Made by a program: the position numbers and the translations under genes. Under the pieces are notes generated by a model that searched no databases, had not been told where the DNA came from, and saw only the letters and a program-made list of their open reading frames with translations. Source: an uncultured Acidobacteriota bacterium (GTDB lineage: Bacteria > Acidobacteriota > Vicinamibacteria > Fen-336). From it: a stretch of DNA of 64,000 nt. Every line of letters starts with the position of its first letter. The stretch's first letter is position 1. The stretch is from contig CAVUFF010000005.1 of NCBI GenBank assembly GCA_963740655.1, positions 41,282-105,281 on the forward strand, given 5' to 3'. This document shows positions 63,166-64,000 of the stretch, one piece after another.

Positions 63166-64000
63166 GTGGCGGACTTCGAGCGTGGCCTGCTGAGCGTCAT
63201 CATCCCCTGCTACAACGAGATCACGGTCCTTCCACTGCTGGAGGAGCGCCTCCGGGCCGTGCTGCCCGGCCTGGGCATGCCGTGGGAGGTCGTGTTCGTC
63301 GACGACGGCTCGATCGACGGCTCGTACGAGCGGCTGGCGGTCCTGCACGCCTCCGACCCTCGCTTCAAGCTGCTCCGCTTCTCGCGCAACTTCGGCCACC
63401 AGGCCGCGATCGCCGCGGGCCTCGCCTGCGCGCGCGGCGAGGCGGTCGCGATCCTCGACGCGGACCTCCAGGACCCGCCGGAGCTCCTCGCCGAGTGCCT
63501 GAAGCACTGGCGCGACGGAGACCACGTGATCTACTGCCAGCGTGAGGAGCGGCGCGAGGGCGCGCTGCTGCGCCTGCTCTACGCCGGCTTCTACCGCCTG
63601 CTGCGCGCGTCGGCGGAGATCTCGATGCCGCTCGACGCCGGCGACTTCTGCCTGATGGACCGGCGCGTGGTGGACGTGATCACGCAGCTGCCCGAGCACC
63701 GCGTCTTCGTGCGCGGACTGCGGGCCTGGGCCGGCTTCCGGCAGCGCGCGCTGCCCTACGCGCGGCCGGCGCGGGCGGCTGGCGAGACGAAGTACGGCCT
63801 CGGGCGACTGGGCAGCCTGGCCGCGAACGGCCTCTTCTCGTTCACGCTGATCCCGCTCCGCGTCGCGACCTTCGTCGGCGTGCTGCTGATCCTGCTGAGC
63901 GGCGCCTGGGGCCTCTTCGTGCTGTCCTGGCGCCTCCTGGGCTTCCGCGTGTTCGGGCTGACCGCATCCGAGCTTCCCGGTTGGACCGGTTTCGTGCTGC
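63166..64000 (+). CDS. Second GT2 polyprenol-phosphate glycosyltransferase (GtrB/ArnC-like), partial at window end
   Basis: Manual translation from GTG 63166: IIPCYNE, VDDGSID, FSRNFGHQAA, DADLQDPPE, GDFCLMDRR. Confidence 0.92.
   Translation, partial: MADFERGLLSVIIPCYNEITVLPLLEERLRAVLPGLGMPWEVVFVDDGSIDGSYERLAVLHASDPRFKLLRFSRNFGHQAAIAAGLACARGEAVAILDADLQDPPELLAECLKHWRDGDHVIYCQREERREGALLRLLYAGFYRLLRASAEISMPLDAGDFCLMDRRVVDVITQLPEHRVFVRGLRAWAGFRQRALPYARPARAAGETKYGLGRLGSLAANGLFSFTLIPLRVATFVGVLLILLSGAWGLFVLSWRLLGFRVFGLTASELPGWTGFVL

Overview
Very GC-rich (visually above 70%) chromosomal segment of a diderm bacterium. An Acidobacteriota/Vicinamibacteria-like origin is my inference from gene content and order. 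No intact mobile element, CRISPR array or rRNA is visible. About 0-16 kb is housekeeping: uvrA (partial), dut, rlmN, an ArnT-like transferase, a DEAD-box helicase, hemL, hemB, tRNA-Met(CAT) and tilS-hpt-ftsH-folP-cdaA-cdaR-glmM. About 16-24 kb is an accessory block between glmM and pdxJ: M4 protease, beta-barrel, TetR with a divergent GH3 glucosidase and esterase, and a GH5 remnant. About 24-37 kb holds pdxJ, a PP2C/PilZ/SDR/GAF/DapA-family run, a lipid kinase, two LPS-type glycosyltransferases and pyrE-truA-uppS-cdsA-dxr-rseP. About 37-64 kb holds exported proteins (one with a poly-Thr linker), then a large surface-glycan locus. That locus has five GT-C-like membrane proteins, a Wzy_C ligase/O-OTase-like gene, a WbpL/WbpM-type pair, a heparinase II/III-like gene, WxcM, DegT, methyltransferases and polyprenol-phosphate GT2 enzymes. 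Many genes carry small frameshifting indels, including the normally essential ftsH, so these are most likely sequencing or assembly errors; many long ORFs in the supplied track are antisense or mosaic artefacts. The most unusual non-coding signal is a 198-bp diverged palindrome with covarying GNA-triloop hairpins, plus four adjacent 13-bp direct repeats upstream of hemB. The most system-like signal is the multi-GT-C glycan locus next to a Thr-rich exported protein. Neither can be called novel without database searches.
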